Origin: Octopus vulgaris | Lineage: Eukaryota | DNA: 64,000 nt | Reading direction: 5' to 3' | NCBI GenBank assembly: GCA_951406725.2 | Contig: OX597814.1 | Coordinates: 118,544,001 to 118,608,000, forward strand | Part shown: in pieces, positions 1-12,599 of the stretch | Numbering within the stretch: position 1 is the first letter of the stretch | How the letters are laid out: each line of letters starts with the position of its first letter | Made by a program: the position numbers and the translations under genes | Notes under the pieces: model-generated | Database searches by the model: none | The model's input: the letters and a program-made list of their open reading frames with translations, nothing else | Told to the model about the DNA's origin: nothing

Positions 1-192
1 TACACCATGCAAAACAGTAAATTAAGTTCCTTCCTTTTAGGACCCGTGCTAAACAATTATTTCGACATATAAAATAAAGTTTAGGATATTTGACGAGTTT
101 CTCCGTTACGTAGATTTCATTAATAGATGTGTGGTAAAGGTTGATCATTAATCACAATTTAACCAGGCACTTCGCTAATTACTATACAGATT

Positions 193-237
<45 letters not shown>

Positions 238-264
238 GAGAAAAAAAGCAACAAGAATGGATTA

Positions 265-360
265 GTTTTTAGTACAATTGTTTCATACAAAGACAGGTTT
301 TATTAAAAGTTGCAAATATTGCAGCAGATAAAAGTGTCCCGTACTCATCAGCTAAAATAC
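265..360 (-). ncRNA. Type I hammerhead ribozyme (PLE pLTR type, palindromic stem III)
   Basis: Minus strand reads GTATTTTAG-CTGATGA-GTACGGGACA...TGTCTTTGTAT-GAAA-CAATTG-TA-CTAAAAAAC. Core CUGAUGA is at 345-351 and GAAA at 282-285. Stem I pairs 8/9, stem II is long with G-U pairs, stem III is the palindrome ACAATTGT, and the cleavage triplet is GUA. Confidence 0.8.
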
Positions 361-727
361 ATATGAGTTCTCCAAACATCTTAGTGGGTGAGGCTACACT
401 CATGAAGTATTGGAGATAATTTCATTAAAAGCAGATTCAGGTTGTAAACAGACTTCCAAAGTTCTTTAATGATGATGCACAGTCTTATCACAGGTTTTAA
501 AAAGCTTATTAGTTTCACAGAGAAGTTTAATCCATCCATAGTGTAGGTGTAAATTTCCAGAGATATGAGGAGGTATTTCATACTCACAGACGATGAATTT
601 ATCCATGGTTAATCCACAATGAGGTGGGTATAATTTCATGCTATATTATAAGGTATTTGCCACATTACTGTTCTCTTCACAAAACTGCTATGTTATGACT
701 TCTAAAGGGTGAAGGAATTTTGTGGAG

Positions 728-878
728 CAAAGAAAAGAAAAGGAAAGATAGGAGAAGAAAAAAGAAAAGAAAGAAAAAAGAAGAAGAAAAAAAGAAAAAA
801 AGAAAAAAGAGAAGAAAAAAAAAGAAAATAAGAAAAAAGAAGAAAGAAGATAGAAAAAAGAAAAGAAAAAGAAAAAAA
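728..878. repeat. A-rich polypurine low-complexity tract
   Basis: Degenerate (AAAG/GAA)n run; source of the Lys-rich and Phe-rich pseudo-ORFs. Confidence 0.9.
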
Positions 879-1322
879 CGCCCACATAGAGTATACTGTG
901 ACAACTGAGATGGGAAAGGGTCGCAGGTAACCCTCTACACAGAAAAAAAGTCTCTTAAATATGGAGACGGTCAGGCTGGCTAAAAATTTGCAGGAATCTA
1001 AGAACTATAAGGAGAATATTATTTTTGACCAGTAAACAGCTATTAATTGCCAAACTGACGTAGCTAAAGCAGATATGAGAATCTAAAGAGAGAACAGGGT
1101 AAGGGATTGAGGGGTCAAAGGCTATCATTAAAGGGAAATACATTAAGTGAAAATAAGTGCAATACTAGAAAGAGGTCATTTAATTTAATTTATTTATTAC
1201 TGTTACTGCATTATATTGTTGATATTACTATCTATACATTGACAGACTATAGGTTTATACTTAGAAGTCAGTTTACAAGGTGTGAGGGAATTGCTTATTA
1301 TATTGAAATTTCTTATACTACG

Positions 1323-1503
1323 ATATATATATATATCAATATATGTATATATATATATATGTATATAAATATATATATGTATATATATATATATATATAT
1401 ATGTATATGTATATATATATATGTATATATATACATGTATATATATATATATATATCAATATATGTATATATATGTATATATATGTATATATATATGTAT
1501 ATA

Positions 1504-1555
<52 letters not shown>

Positions 1556-1669
1556 AATATATGTATATATATACATATATATGTATATATATATATGTGT
1601 GTGTATATATATATATGTATATATATGTATATATATATATGTATATATATATGTATATATATATGTATT

Positions 1670-1742
<73 letters not shown>
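1323..1742. repeat. Compound (TA)n/(TATG)n microsatellite
   Basis: Directly visible. Confidence 0.95.
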
Positions 1743-1745
<3 letters not shown>

Positions 1746-2917
1746 GTTATCCTATAGTGTTTGTGTCAAAAATTTGATGGAGGCATTTAGCAGGGAAAAT
1801 TGAAGATTTTCGTTCATTTTAAAGCCCAAAATGAAGAGCTGGAATAACGATCCAACTCCTTAATATAAACAAATTAATTTTTAGATTCTCAGATATATAT
1901 TATGTTATGGTGACCAAACCTCCCTTTGTGTGAACGAAAGACATTTTAATATTCCATTATTACATAACTATCAATTGCGATTACATACCCCACCTGCAAA
2001 CTCATTTATATTTTGCTTTCAAGCACTTTTAACGAATACATTTGCTACAACGTCGAAATTGTTAGACGAAAGTGAGTTATCGATTTGATCTTCAATAAGG
2101 CACCTGTTAAAGAAGATTACATATCCTTTCTTTTACCTTTTTCAATTACTTCAATAGCAGATGTATTCTTGACAATGAAGTTAATTTTCTCTTTGAAACT
2201 GCTCATTTATTATCTTTACTAATGTAAACCTTGTCGTATCATCTAGAGTTCCTTTAGTAATTATATTTTACTTATTTCGCTGATTGTATTTTTAATGATT
2301 GTATATGTTGATTAGATTTGTAGTCGATATCTCTCTTTGAATCTTCATTCCTCAATAGGGTTTACATCAGATTATAGTACATTCTTAAGATACTTTAAGA
2401 ATTTCGCTAATCTTCAGCTCGAAACAACTGTATTCCTAAATAAGATATTCATCTGTTTGCTTGATGTTTCAAAAAGTGAAATATACTTATGTTCGTCGCT
2501 ATTCTGTTGCTCATTCTCAGAAAATTAAAGCCACTAATTAGACCTACCTCGACTAGATTTAACTCGCCTTGTTTAATATTGTCTTAGTGCACCAGATACT
2601 CTTCTCTGTTACAGTCCAATGCTAATGTGTGAATGTTTCTTCCTAGTCGTAAACAAAATCATAAATTCAAATATGTAAAGCAATGAAAACGAAGATCAGA
2701 ACACATTTTCAAACTTCCTGGTTAACGTGTGGTAATAAATTTATTAACGGTTGTTAGCTTTATAATGTTTGCAGACCGAAATAAATTTCAACTCCTATCT
2801 CAGACGACAGAATTTTAAGTAATAAATCTTGTAAATTCGCAATTACTGCCTCAAAGAAAATTTCTTTGAAACAAACATCAATGGAATGCATGAAACTGGT
2901 ATATGTATACATACATG

Positions 2918-2955
<38 letters not shown>

Positions 2956-3019
2956 CATACATAATACACACATTCATATAGGTATATATATATATACATA
3001 ATACATACATACATATAGT

Positions 3020-3062
<43 letters not shown>

Positions 3063-3105
3063 ACATTACATATATATGTGCATATATATATATATATACA
3101 TATAT

Positions 3106-3419
3106 TGTGTCTGGAGAGAGTAATTTTCTTTTTGTGCCTTCTAATTTAACACACTCACTGCTAAGATTTCCACTTATTTCTTATTTTTATTTTCCTAAAA
3201 TTATAGTTGCGTCTTGCAACCTTTTCAATAGTCTTATTCATATATATATATATATATATATATATAGTGCACCATATATATATATACAAAAACAGAAAGC
3301 TCGCAAGACGCAATGCAAATTTTAGGAAACTAAAAAAAGAACAAGAACTAAGTGGCTATTTTACTGGTGAGTATGTTAAATTATAAGGCACGAAAAGAAC
3401 GTGACTCTCCCCAGACACA
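3106..3419. repeat. Imperfect fold-back (inverted repeat) element with ~115-bp arms and a (TA)n loop
   Basis: TTGTGTCTGG..GTGCCTTCTAATTTAAC..TTGCGTCTTGC (3106-3220) is reverse complementary to GCAAGACGCAA..GTTAAATTATAAGGCAC..CCAGACACAA (3304-3420). An unpaired tail runs to ~3482. Confidence 0.8.
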
Positions 3420-4182
3420 ACAGAATATGCTTCAACATACGAACTCACATAAAAAATCTTGTAAACCAAATCTAAAAACGAAATATATATATATATATAT
3501 ATAGATAGATAGATAGATAGATAGATGTTGTTTTATGTAACTAAGAAAATGTATATTTTCGAACATAATGTTGCTGATAAAACAGCAGAAGTATTGGGTA
3601 AATTACTCTTACAAGGCGGAAAATAATTGTCAGCAAACATCCATGGGACTTCAAACCCTATCCCTCAAGGTCTCTGTCTGAGGGCTTTGACACTATGCTA
3701 AACAGTCAGTCCTCTGACAAATTTCCCACTGAATTTAGACTGGAACAATGCAAATTAAAACAAACAAATATTATTTCTTTTTTTAGAAGCGCCGAAAAAG
3801 TGTATTGTATGATACAAGCAAGAAGATAATATTTTTCTAATGCAAAGTTTCCGTTAGAACATCAGAAATATTGTAATGGTAATTTAACCAATATTTCTGC
3901 TCTCCTGACAAAATACTTCGAAAAAATATCAACTTGTTATTTGCATTATACAATACACATTTTCTACGCTTTTAATAAAACAACAAAATGCAGCCAACCT
4001 AGGAATTAACAACACACATAACTTGCGTATGTGCGTTGGATTTTGTTTAAATATATAGAGCTACTTCTAAGTATATTTCAATATATAATCTCACCTTAAA
4101 AACCCATCATATACATGCATACAAATATATATATGGCTGACGGTTAGTAAGGAGAGACACAAATAAGAAAGAAGAAAACAAA

Positions 4183-4227
4183 GGACCACTGATGCGGTCA
4201 CAGGAGTGTGACGAAAAAACTCTGGCC
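4183..4227 (+). ncRNA. Degenerate minimal type I hammerhead ribozyme
   Basis: GGACCA-CTGATGC-G-GTCACA-ggag-TGTGAC-GAAA-aaac-TC-TGGCC. Stem II is a perfect 6 bp, stem I is CCA/TGG and the UC site is present. A9 is replaced by C and stem III is decayed. Confidence 0.6.
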
Positions 4228-4345
4228 GAAATAAGATTAAGTTTAATGTAAAAAATAAATAACACTGAAGCAAAGTATCACCAAATATATAGATATATAG
4301 TGCGTGTGCTTTTATTGGCTAAACTGGCAAAATGACCATTCCGAA

Positions 4346-4510
<165 letters not shown>

Positions 4511-4696
4511 TGATACACATACACACCGCGCGCGCATACACACACATATATCGTGTGTTGCGTGAAGTACACGAATTCCTACACAAATAATTCTTGTCTT
4601 TGATTTCCAGTTTCCTTAGCTCGTTGTCTAGAACTGATATTTCTCAATGTTTCCAATTCAATTTCTTCTTTTTGCACTTGTTGTTGTTTTTGTTGC

Positions 4697-4794
4697 TCTT
4701 CTTCTTCTTCTTCTTCTTCTTCTTCTTCTTCTTCTTCTTCTTCTTCTTCTTCTTCTTCTTCTTCTTCTTCTTCTTCTTCTTCTTCTTCTTCTTG
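4697..4794. repeat. Perfect (CTT)n/(GAA)n trinucleotide repeat, ~32 units
   Basis: Directly visible. Confidence 0.95.
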
Positions 4795-5014
4795 TAGTGG
4801 CGGCGGCGGCCTTGTTGCTTGTTGGTGGTTATGATGGCGTTGGTCTCAGCAATATACCGTTTAGAATCACTGTTATGATTGTTAGTACTCTTATACGTTG
4901 AAAAATGGTGAATTGTAATTGTTGAAATGCTCTTCATATTACATTTGTTTGATTTAACAAAAACCCTCAGAGCTGGCTCAGCCCTGTGTTTATATCTTCG
5001 TTGGTGTTCATATA

Positions 5015-5760
5015 TTTTTGAATTATTTCCAAATTTTCGATTCAAAAAACCAACTCTTTTTTAAAGATGAGGTTTGCTTCCAAAATGGAGGAAGAGATAA
5101 GAGATAACCTACAAAGGCAGGTGCTACACATGAAAAATAAAGACGTTTATTTCCAAGCTCAGGCATTTTCGAAGGTTCATATAATTGCATTACTCGTTCA
5201 GATTCATGTGTTGCCGCAGCAACGAGGAACAATAGTACCAATTGCAATATAAACGGCATGTCACTTAAAGGAGAGGAATGATGTTTCCTCATTGAAAGAT
5301 CAATGTTTAAATTTCTAACATTGATATTCAATGAAATCCGTGTAGTACTAATGAGAACAGTAGAACAAAAGTCGCAAAAAGAAAACAAAAACATTATCAA
5401 TATCGACGGCAGAATTGAAAAGACGGCCTAAAATGTTTCTGTTGCCAAATTTTTCTGCTTACATCTTTGTCTTACTCGATAGTTTGTGTGATTATTTGGG
5501 ATGGGTGAAGAAATACTCCATCAGATTTAACAGAAAAGAGTTACGGTCAATATCGTACAGAAACTTTAAGACTAAACAGGAAAGATTACAAATCTTATCA
5601 ACGAGGAAGCACACAAGAATGTATCGCGATAGATGCATATGGGTTCTGTTGAAAAAGAAGATGTCGATGCATTATTTTGGTTGGAAATATCCATAAATTT
5701 GTATACATCCCAATTAGTTTCTAATGCAAATCCGAGAAAGGGGAGAAGATTAAGCGAATA
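5015..5760 (+). mobile_element. Highly decayed non-LTR retrotransposon RT fragment (RTE-like)
   Basis: Frameshifted remnants resemble RT motifs DF.KAFDS (NYFQIFDS, ~5021-5045) and G.QG..LFII (GIFEG, ~5162), with many stops. Confidence 0.3.
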
Positions 5761-6414
5761 AGGAGAATGTATAAATCAGAAAATGCTTCTACTTCTTAAC
5801 CCAGGTATAAATGAAATTGTATTTTCATAAATAATTTGTCTTAATGTGCGTAATACCTGGAATATCTGTTTAGGAAATGAGTGTAGAGGACGGTTTAAGA
5901 ACAAGTTTCTCTTAGTGATCATTACAGTTTCATACCGTAGAAGGTATAATTTCACACCTTTTTTTTCTCCAATTACAGGTAGCTAAATTGTAGCATTAGC
6001 TGCACTGATAATTTCAAGGAACAGAAATATTTTTTTCATTACAACAAATGTATACAGCAAATAATGAGTATTGAATATGAATAATAGAAGATTTAATAAA
6101 TGTAAGAATTATTGCAGTTTAGATTTAATTCACTACATGTCGATGGTAATGTGATATATATGATTATATGCTGGTTATCGTTTGAGAGAAATGTAATATT
6201 TATTTCGGCCCAAAATGAAAACAAAAATAAGTCAAAAAATCACATTCGAACTTCATTACTTTGATATTAAATTAATTAATATGTGCTTCACTCAGAGTAA
6301 TTTCAGGTGAAACATAGAGCTGCAAATATATTTTTAACAGAGAAGAGTAAAAACACTTAAACATGGTAAACAAACATAAAATGAATGAAATGAAAAATGG
6401 AAGCAGACCAATAA

Positions 6415-8375
6415 TCCATATATATAAAACAAAGGATGTATGTGTGTGTGTATGTGTATGTGCGTGTGTGCAATACGTCTGTATTTCTACAGCTTTGAAC
6501 CGGTTTTCGCCAAAATTTACACGCATTACTTATGTGTCATGGATGCCCATGCATTACAACATTTTGCCCAGCGCTCCCGTGTAATGCGACAAACCGACTG
6601 TAAAATTGTTTTCACATAGGATTTCTGAAAAAAAACTGCAGCTTTCAAGCGATTATCTCCCTTCTCTCTATCACCATTTCTTTTTCTCACTGTCACATAT
6701 ACATATATCTGTTTCTTTCACTCACTCACTCACTTATTCACTAATTCACTCACTCACTCAATCTCTCACTCCCTCCATGCCGCGCTCTCTCTCCCCCTTT
6801 CTGAATATTTTCTTCAGAGTATTTCAATATTGTCGTTCGCAAATATCTTCGTCTTCACGTTATTCGTACGTTCTCCACACAACATTACTTTACTTATCTT
6901 ATATTTTCTGCACTCCATCTATTTAAACAGAATATTTGCATTTCTCCCCCTATCGAAAACCGTTGTTTAATATTGCTTCATTTTTATCCTTTAAATTTTG
7001 TGCGTTTGTTTGCGCGTTCGATGTGTACGTGGTAGCAAAGAACATTTGAAACCACGACGACGACGACGTCACAAATATGAATGTGTATGTGTCTGCGTTT
7101 ATGCATGTGCGTGTATGAATGTGTATGCCTACCTTATCGTGCGTGTGTTTCCGAGTTAGGTACGTTAATAAACATACACAAACATCCACAAATACATATA
7201 CAGGTGTGACGACTGACATGCTGGTATGTATGTCTTCATGGGTCTTTCTTACTAAATGTATGTGTCTGTATGTGAGAGCGTAAGTGTGTGTATCGTCAAT
7301 TTTTTTTAATTTGAATGTGTATGTGTCTGAGAATGTGTGTATGTTTACCTGCCCGTTACATAAGTCAATGAATACAGACATACATCTACAGAAACTCTTA
7401 ACAAAAAAATAAGTACGTGGAAGTTCGACGTTACATAAAAATACGCACCTACCATTCCATTAACAATTCATAATTATCGTAGCAGTTTCAAGGTTGCAAG
7501 GTATTTACAATTCGCTGAAATTTGGTTACGTTACACTACATATGGACATACTGCATACATACAAGTGCTTACAAAAATAGATATTAATATATATTATTTT
7601 CTATATACATACGTTTTTGCTTCAAATATTGAATAAATTATGCCACCAAAGGAAAAGCGTAATCTCTCCAGAAACACTTATATAGCAACGGGGAGAGCAG
7701 AAAACCGAAGGCGAGAGTCTCAAGAGATAAGGAACACGAGACTTTCTCAGTACCAGGAAAGGCATGCTGCAGAACGTCAGGTGGTCTCAAGAAGGGGCAG
7801 GATCCTTTCCAAAGGTCACCAAATGTAATCTGCAGCACAATGAATTAAGATAGAAGAGAAAGGAGACTTTCTCAACATCAGCAAAAGCATGCTACAGCAC
7901 GTCCGATGGAGTCCCAAGACAGAAGGGATTGAGACTTTCTCAACATCAGCAGAGGCATGCTGCAGTGCATCAGATGGAGTCTCTAGAGAGGAAGTGGATA
8001 AGACTTTGCCAAGATCAGCAAAGACATGCTGCACGACTCAATACTGACTCGTTAACACAAGGTTTAGCACTCCATATTACATAGATTACAATAGAATAAC
8101 TCTTCGCAACAGACCACGTACAAATTCGTTATGCACAAAACATGCAGCTGCTTTCCGATATTATCCCTCTCATTCTCTCATTCTTATAAAAATGATAATT
8201 CTGTCCAATTTGGTGTACTAAACTCAAATTGTCGATAATACAAAAGCTTTGTCGTCACCTTTTTCAATATGGATATAACATAACATAATATAATATAATA
8301 TAATATATATATATATATATATATATTTAAAACCTATGCCGTTTTAATCCCGAGCAACGCCGGGTATTTTTCTAG
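6415..8375 (+). mobile_element. Non-autonomous, internally deleted Helitron
   Basis: 5' end is A|TCCATATATATAAAA followed by (TG)n and GCTTTGAACCGGTTTTCGCCAAAATTT. 3' end has hairpin CCCGAGCAACGCCGGG (8349-8364) then CTAG|T (8372-8375). Insertion is between A and T with no TSD. Confidence 0.75.
7640..8035 (+). pseudogene. N-terminal charged-repeat region of a Helitron RepHel ORF (relic), ~63-69-bp tandem units
   Basis: MPPKEKRNLSRNT...RRRESQEIRNTRLSQYQERHAAERQ. The unit GAGACTTTCTCAACATCAGCAGAGGCATGCTGCAG recurs at ~7738, 7801, 7863, 7931 and 8000, with frameshifts. Confidence 0.55.
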
Positions 8376-8859
8376 TTACTAACTATTAAAGGTGAAATAG
8401 CATCAAACTATTTAAAAAATATTAATTACTAAATAAATTAATAAAGTACTTAATGCAGAGCTTAAGTAAGAGAGCCTCACTAAATCAGAAACATTCCTTC
8501 GACGCAGAAAGATAGAATTAGTGGCAAATAAAATAGATATTCAAGCAGTTCAGAATGCGAAAACAACAAGCGAGAAGGTTATTGATCGAGTCGATGGCAA
8601 TGACAATAATTTTCCGATCAAGTGCATCCACTCAACAGTGTTATGAAAACACCTTCTCAAGAAGTAGAACACTCGATAACTTTGTACTTATCGTTCTAAC
8701 TCTTAACAGGTACACACGGAAGTGTCTAAAATACATTTTCATTACTGATCTGCATACGATCGGTAAACATAAACAAAAAATATCTTTAGTGTTAAGAGAC
8801 ATCAAACAGCGAAATCTAATAATCCATACGGAGCTTCTTTACACCTAAAAGAAAGATAA

Positions 8860-9118
8860 TGCTCGATCATCCACGGTGGTAAGTGTTTCAATTGATCCAA
8901 ACAAGGGAACCGCTGGCTCGTGAATTTTAAGTGTAATTGGCTGAGCAATCGACAGACACATTATGTGACAATGATAACGTCTTGAAAAACAGGTGCAACT
9001 CATTTTTGTTCCAGCGGAGTGGACAGGAAAAACAGAAAATAGAGTGTTATGCTCAAGGACAGAGCGTGCTCCCAGGTATCGAACTCACGAAGTAAAGCTA
9101 ATAATCTAACCACCGATT
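8860..9118 (-). mobile_element. Old tRNA-derived SINE (same family as 45535-45842)
   Basis: Reverse B-box GGTATCGAACTC and CORE-like TGCTCAAGGACA. Shares the GTCCAC..GCTGG..AAAATGAGT block with the 45.6-kb copy. Confidence 0.55.
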
Positions 9119-9204
9119 GCAAGTAATGCAGTCTTCACTGTAATAATATCGTAGGAGATAAATAGTACCTGGATATCTTGTTGAAATATTTTTCTATATT
9201 GCAA

Positions 9205-9434
9205 TGAAGGCGGCGAGCTGGCAGAAACGTTAGCACGCCGGGCGAAATGCGGTATTTCGTCTGCCGTTAAGTTCTGAGTTCAAATTCCGCCGAGGTCGAC
9301 TTTGCCTTTCATCCTTTCGGGGTCGATAAATTAAGCACCGGTTACGCACTGGGGTCGATGTAATCGACTTAATCCGTTTGACTGCCCCTGTTTGTCCCCT
9401 CTATGTTTAGCCCCTTGTGGGTAGTAAAGAAATA
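9205..9434 (+). mobile_element. tRNA-derived SINE with Nin/Deu-like central domain, full length, with TSD
   Basis: Head GGCGGCGAGCTGGCAGAA, B-box GAGTTCAAATTCC, core GCCTTTCATCCTTTCGGGGTCGATAAA. 18-bp TSD TATTTYTCTATATTGCAA at 9187-9204 and 9435-9452. Confidence 0.9.
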
Positions 9435-11035
9435 TATTTCTCTATATTGCAAGGGCAATTTAAAAATATTTCTGTATTCCATTTTAATTTGTTATGGTTG
9501 ATGTACTGGATTAGTATTTGGGCGGTTTTATGCATGTAGAGCGTCTCTAATATCAAAGTGGTGGTGTTTATCAAATGCATTTATGTAGACAATCAATAAC
9601 GTGTTAACATTCGTTTTCCGCTTGTTTCTTTACAGTTCTCTGAATACTCCTGCTGCAAATTCATGTACACTGGTTAGGTGCTTCAGTCAGGAATTTGAGA
9701 TATTTTCAATGCTGTGAGTTTGTTAGTGGTCTGTAGTGCTTTATGCAACAGTGAATTTATTTCGAATATAGTTGTCTATGCCTGAGGCGTCATTGTATTG
9801 TGTTTTTCTCTTAATTTCCGAGCCATTGCACTTTTTGATCGTACTGAATATTACTGCTTTTCATTTTTGCCAACATGCTCAGATCACTCTTGTTCATATT
9901 CGTTCCCCCAGCGCCGTTGTTTGGCTTGTTTGTTAATATTATTGCAAAATAGTTTGATGTTTCATCTACGTTCCTTCTTCGCGAGATTTAACGAGCATGA
10001 ATTCGTCATTATTTTTATTCAAAACGTCCGCTTTTGTTGATACATATACAAACACAAACTCACACTCACACATACACACGCACACGCATACGCGCACACA
10101 CCCGCATACACTCGCACATACACACATACGTGTGTGTGCGTGCGTGTGTGTATGCCTGTGTTTGTGTAGGCATATTCTTTATTTTTAATTCTTTAAGAAT
10201 TTCTTTTGAGGAATGAAATGCTCCGTCACTAGAATGTAGATAACAAAATCATAGTCACATTTTTATTGTTCAGAAAAGTCTTGAGTATTTCTATTGTTCC
10301 TCGTACACATACTGTTTATAATGCACTGGTTAATTTTTGAGTAACATTTTTGAAAAACGTACCTGATCCAGATTGTTGCTTAGGCATATGCACACAAAAA
10401 CAAAAGTACCAATAAATATTGGTATGAAAGTGAATTTATAATCTGGTAATAGTGGCTGGAGGTTTCGAAGTCATTGGCCATAGTTATCCTCTTTCTGTTT
10501 GATTCTCGTAGTGATAATCAGTTCAGCAAGAATTCTATGATATATATATATTTTTCTTGTTAGTCCTCCAAAATAGTATCCGGCTTGTTAAATTTACACT
10601 TCACTGGTGTTAATTTTTTTAGGTTAGCATTTCTTTTTACTAACATTTCTTTTTCCTACATTTATTCCACATTTCTCTTCATTATTTACTAAAGTAAAAT
10701 TACTCTAACAACTTCTAATTATATAAGTTTAGTCTGTCATGTTTTGTATAGGATGTAAATAGCAAAATATGTTCATATAAGGTAGGCCTGAAGATTGACA
10801 ATATAATCGGTTCAATATGGTATTGTATTTAGAGAGTTTCTATTTCAGCAATATCGCGGAATATGCTGTCATGAAAGGCGCGTAGTCTGCATAATGTAAA
10901 GTATATGATTCGAAATAAGAATTGTAGGTATTAGTTTTGATAATTTTAATATTTAGTCCTATATGTACCTATTGTGGATAATGTCATTCAATGATGATTG
11001 AGTTACTTGAGGGTGATTCTCTCTCTTAAAACTAA

Positions 11036-11036
<1 letters not shown>

Positions 11037-11132
<96 letters not shown>

Positions 11133-11153
11133 TATATATATATATATATGTAT

Positions 11154-11236
<83 letters not shown>

Positions 11237-11247
11237 TATATATATAT
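11037..11247. repeat. Compound (TA)n/(TATG)n/(CA)n microsatellite
   Basis: Directly visible. Confidence 0.95.
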
Positions 11248-12297
11248 GATCGAATCATAATTTGTGATCACCAAGCCCTCAGAAACATTTGTTGGACTCG
11301 TTAACTCTTATTCAACTTCATTAATTCCATATATCGTTTCAATTTTATATGTAAACATGTATACTTTCTTATTAAATATGTTCCATATTAATCGACTTGA
11401 TTAACTTGCTCATCCTTACAGTTATTCCTTGCTGAAGTGTAAATCTCGTCAGCACTATGAAGAGTATTTCACACGGAGAGTAATTCTCAATTTTCAGTTT
11501 CTCTTTTAAATATTTCTTCCTAGCATTTCCAATTCGTTCAATGTTGATATGACCTGCCATTTCATTTTCAATATCACGTAGTACGTTTCTTTTCATTTAC
11601 TATGTAAAGGCGTGGCAGAAGAAATGTGTTATCGCTAAAGATTGAAGCCACATTCACTCAGCCTTTACAGAATAAATTGAATTGTTTAGCCTTTTATACT
11701 TTGGAAATGTGTTTTAGTGTTTCATGTTCAATTATATTTTCCCATTTTCATCTTATATCAGCTCTATTCTTCTGTTTTAGAAGCCTTCGATTCTAACTAT
11801 TATTAATCAGTTTTATAAGGCATTACTACTCTCTTTGCTCTTAAACCTGTCACTAATGATGGAGATTTTTTACACCTATGAATTGAGATGAATATCCCAT
11901 GTCCTGAATATTTATAATTGCCTTTGGGTTTCAGATCTTTTTGTTACAGCATGTCTATTATATTGCTATAAAGGGTTCTTTGCATGTTATAAAATTGGTT
12001 CCGTAGAATTCAATTGTGTTTTGTGGGTGATTTGTTGCATGCGACTTCGACTCTGTTTTACTGTTTACACTCTCGGTGAATTTTGAATAAAACAGCAGTT
12101 CGTGATATTTCCTTAGCTTCTGCTCCTTTTTATGTTTATTAGAATAGCTGATTGTTTTATTTTCCTTTCTGTATTCCCCTGTGAGTGCCTGTATTTCCTT
12201 CTAGTCATCCCCTTAAATTTTATTTTAACAATCTGTGATTTTCCTCGTGCCATGTTATTTTGTCATAAGTACATTGTTAACGGTGCTTGATGCAGTA

Positions 12298-12407
12298 TTG
12301 GTGTGTATAACGAATGTAAGTATTGAATTTTCCATTGGAAATCGTGCGATTTTGGTGTGTATAACGAATGTATGTATTGAATTTTCCATTGGAAATCGTG
12401 CGATTTT
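12298..12407. repeat. 54-bp tandem duplication
   Basis: TTGGTGTGTATAACGAATGTAWGTATTGAATTTTCCATTGGAAATCGTGCGATT occurs twice with one mismatch. Confidence 0.9.
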
Positions 12408-12599
12408 CCCGTTGTCTTTATCATTTATAACTCATTTTACAATGCCTTCCTCCAACAAATATATCACTGACCTTCTAGGCTCAAAACTTCATATCTGTTT
12501 GACACTTCTGTTCTAGGACCTCCATTTCTAGGACCTGTGCAGATACGAATTGTCAGTGGTTGGAAACAGATATTTCTGGCATAATGACCTGTTGAAGTG

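Larger units (their letters stand above)
237..1312 (-). mobile_element. Decayed 3' portion of a Penelope-like retroelement, ending in the HHR-bearing pLTR and bounded by (TA)n tracts
   Basis: Carries the terminal HHR (265-360). There are weak GIY-YIG-like remnants on the minus strand (a YVG-like motif near 880). It is interrupted by an A-rich purine tract at 728-878 and flanked by TA microsatellites. Confidence 0.45.

Noticed and set aside
1107-1803. Long YI/IY-rich ORFs, and similar YLSI, CV, HT, poly-K and poly-F ORFs throughout
   Set aside because: They are translations of (TA)n, (TATC)n, (CA)n and (CTT)n repeats that happen to lack stops.
2392-2420. Minus-strand CTGAAGA-ttagc-GAAA
   Set aside because: Too little room for stem II and no stem I; chance core match.
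7700-8035. CRISPR-like spaced repeats
   Set aside because: These are degenerate coding tandem repeats in a eukaryotic Helitron, with no unique spacers or cas genes.
9205-9295. tRNA gene
   Set aside because: The A/B boxes belong to a SINE head with TSDs, and there is no cloverleaf.
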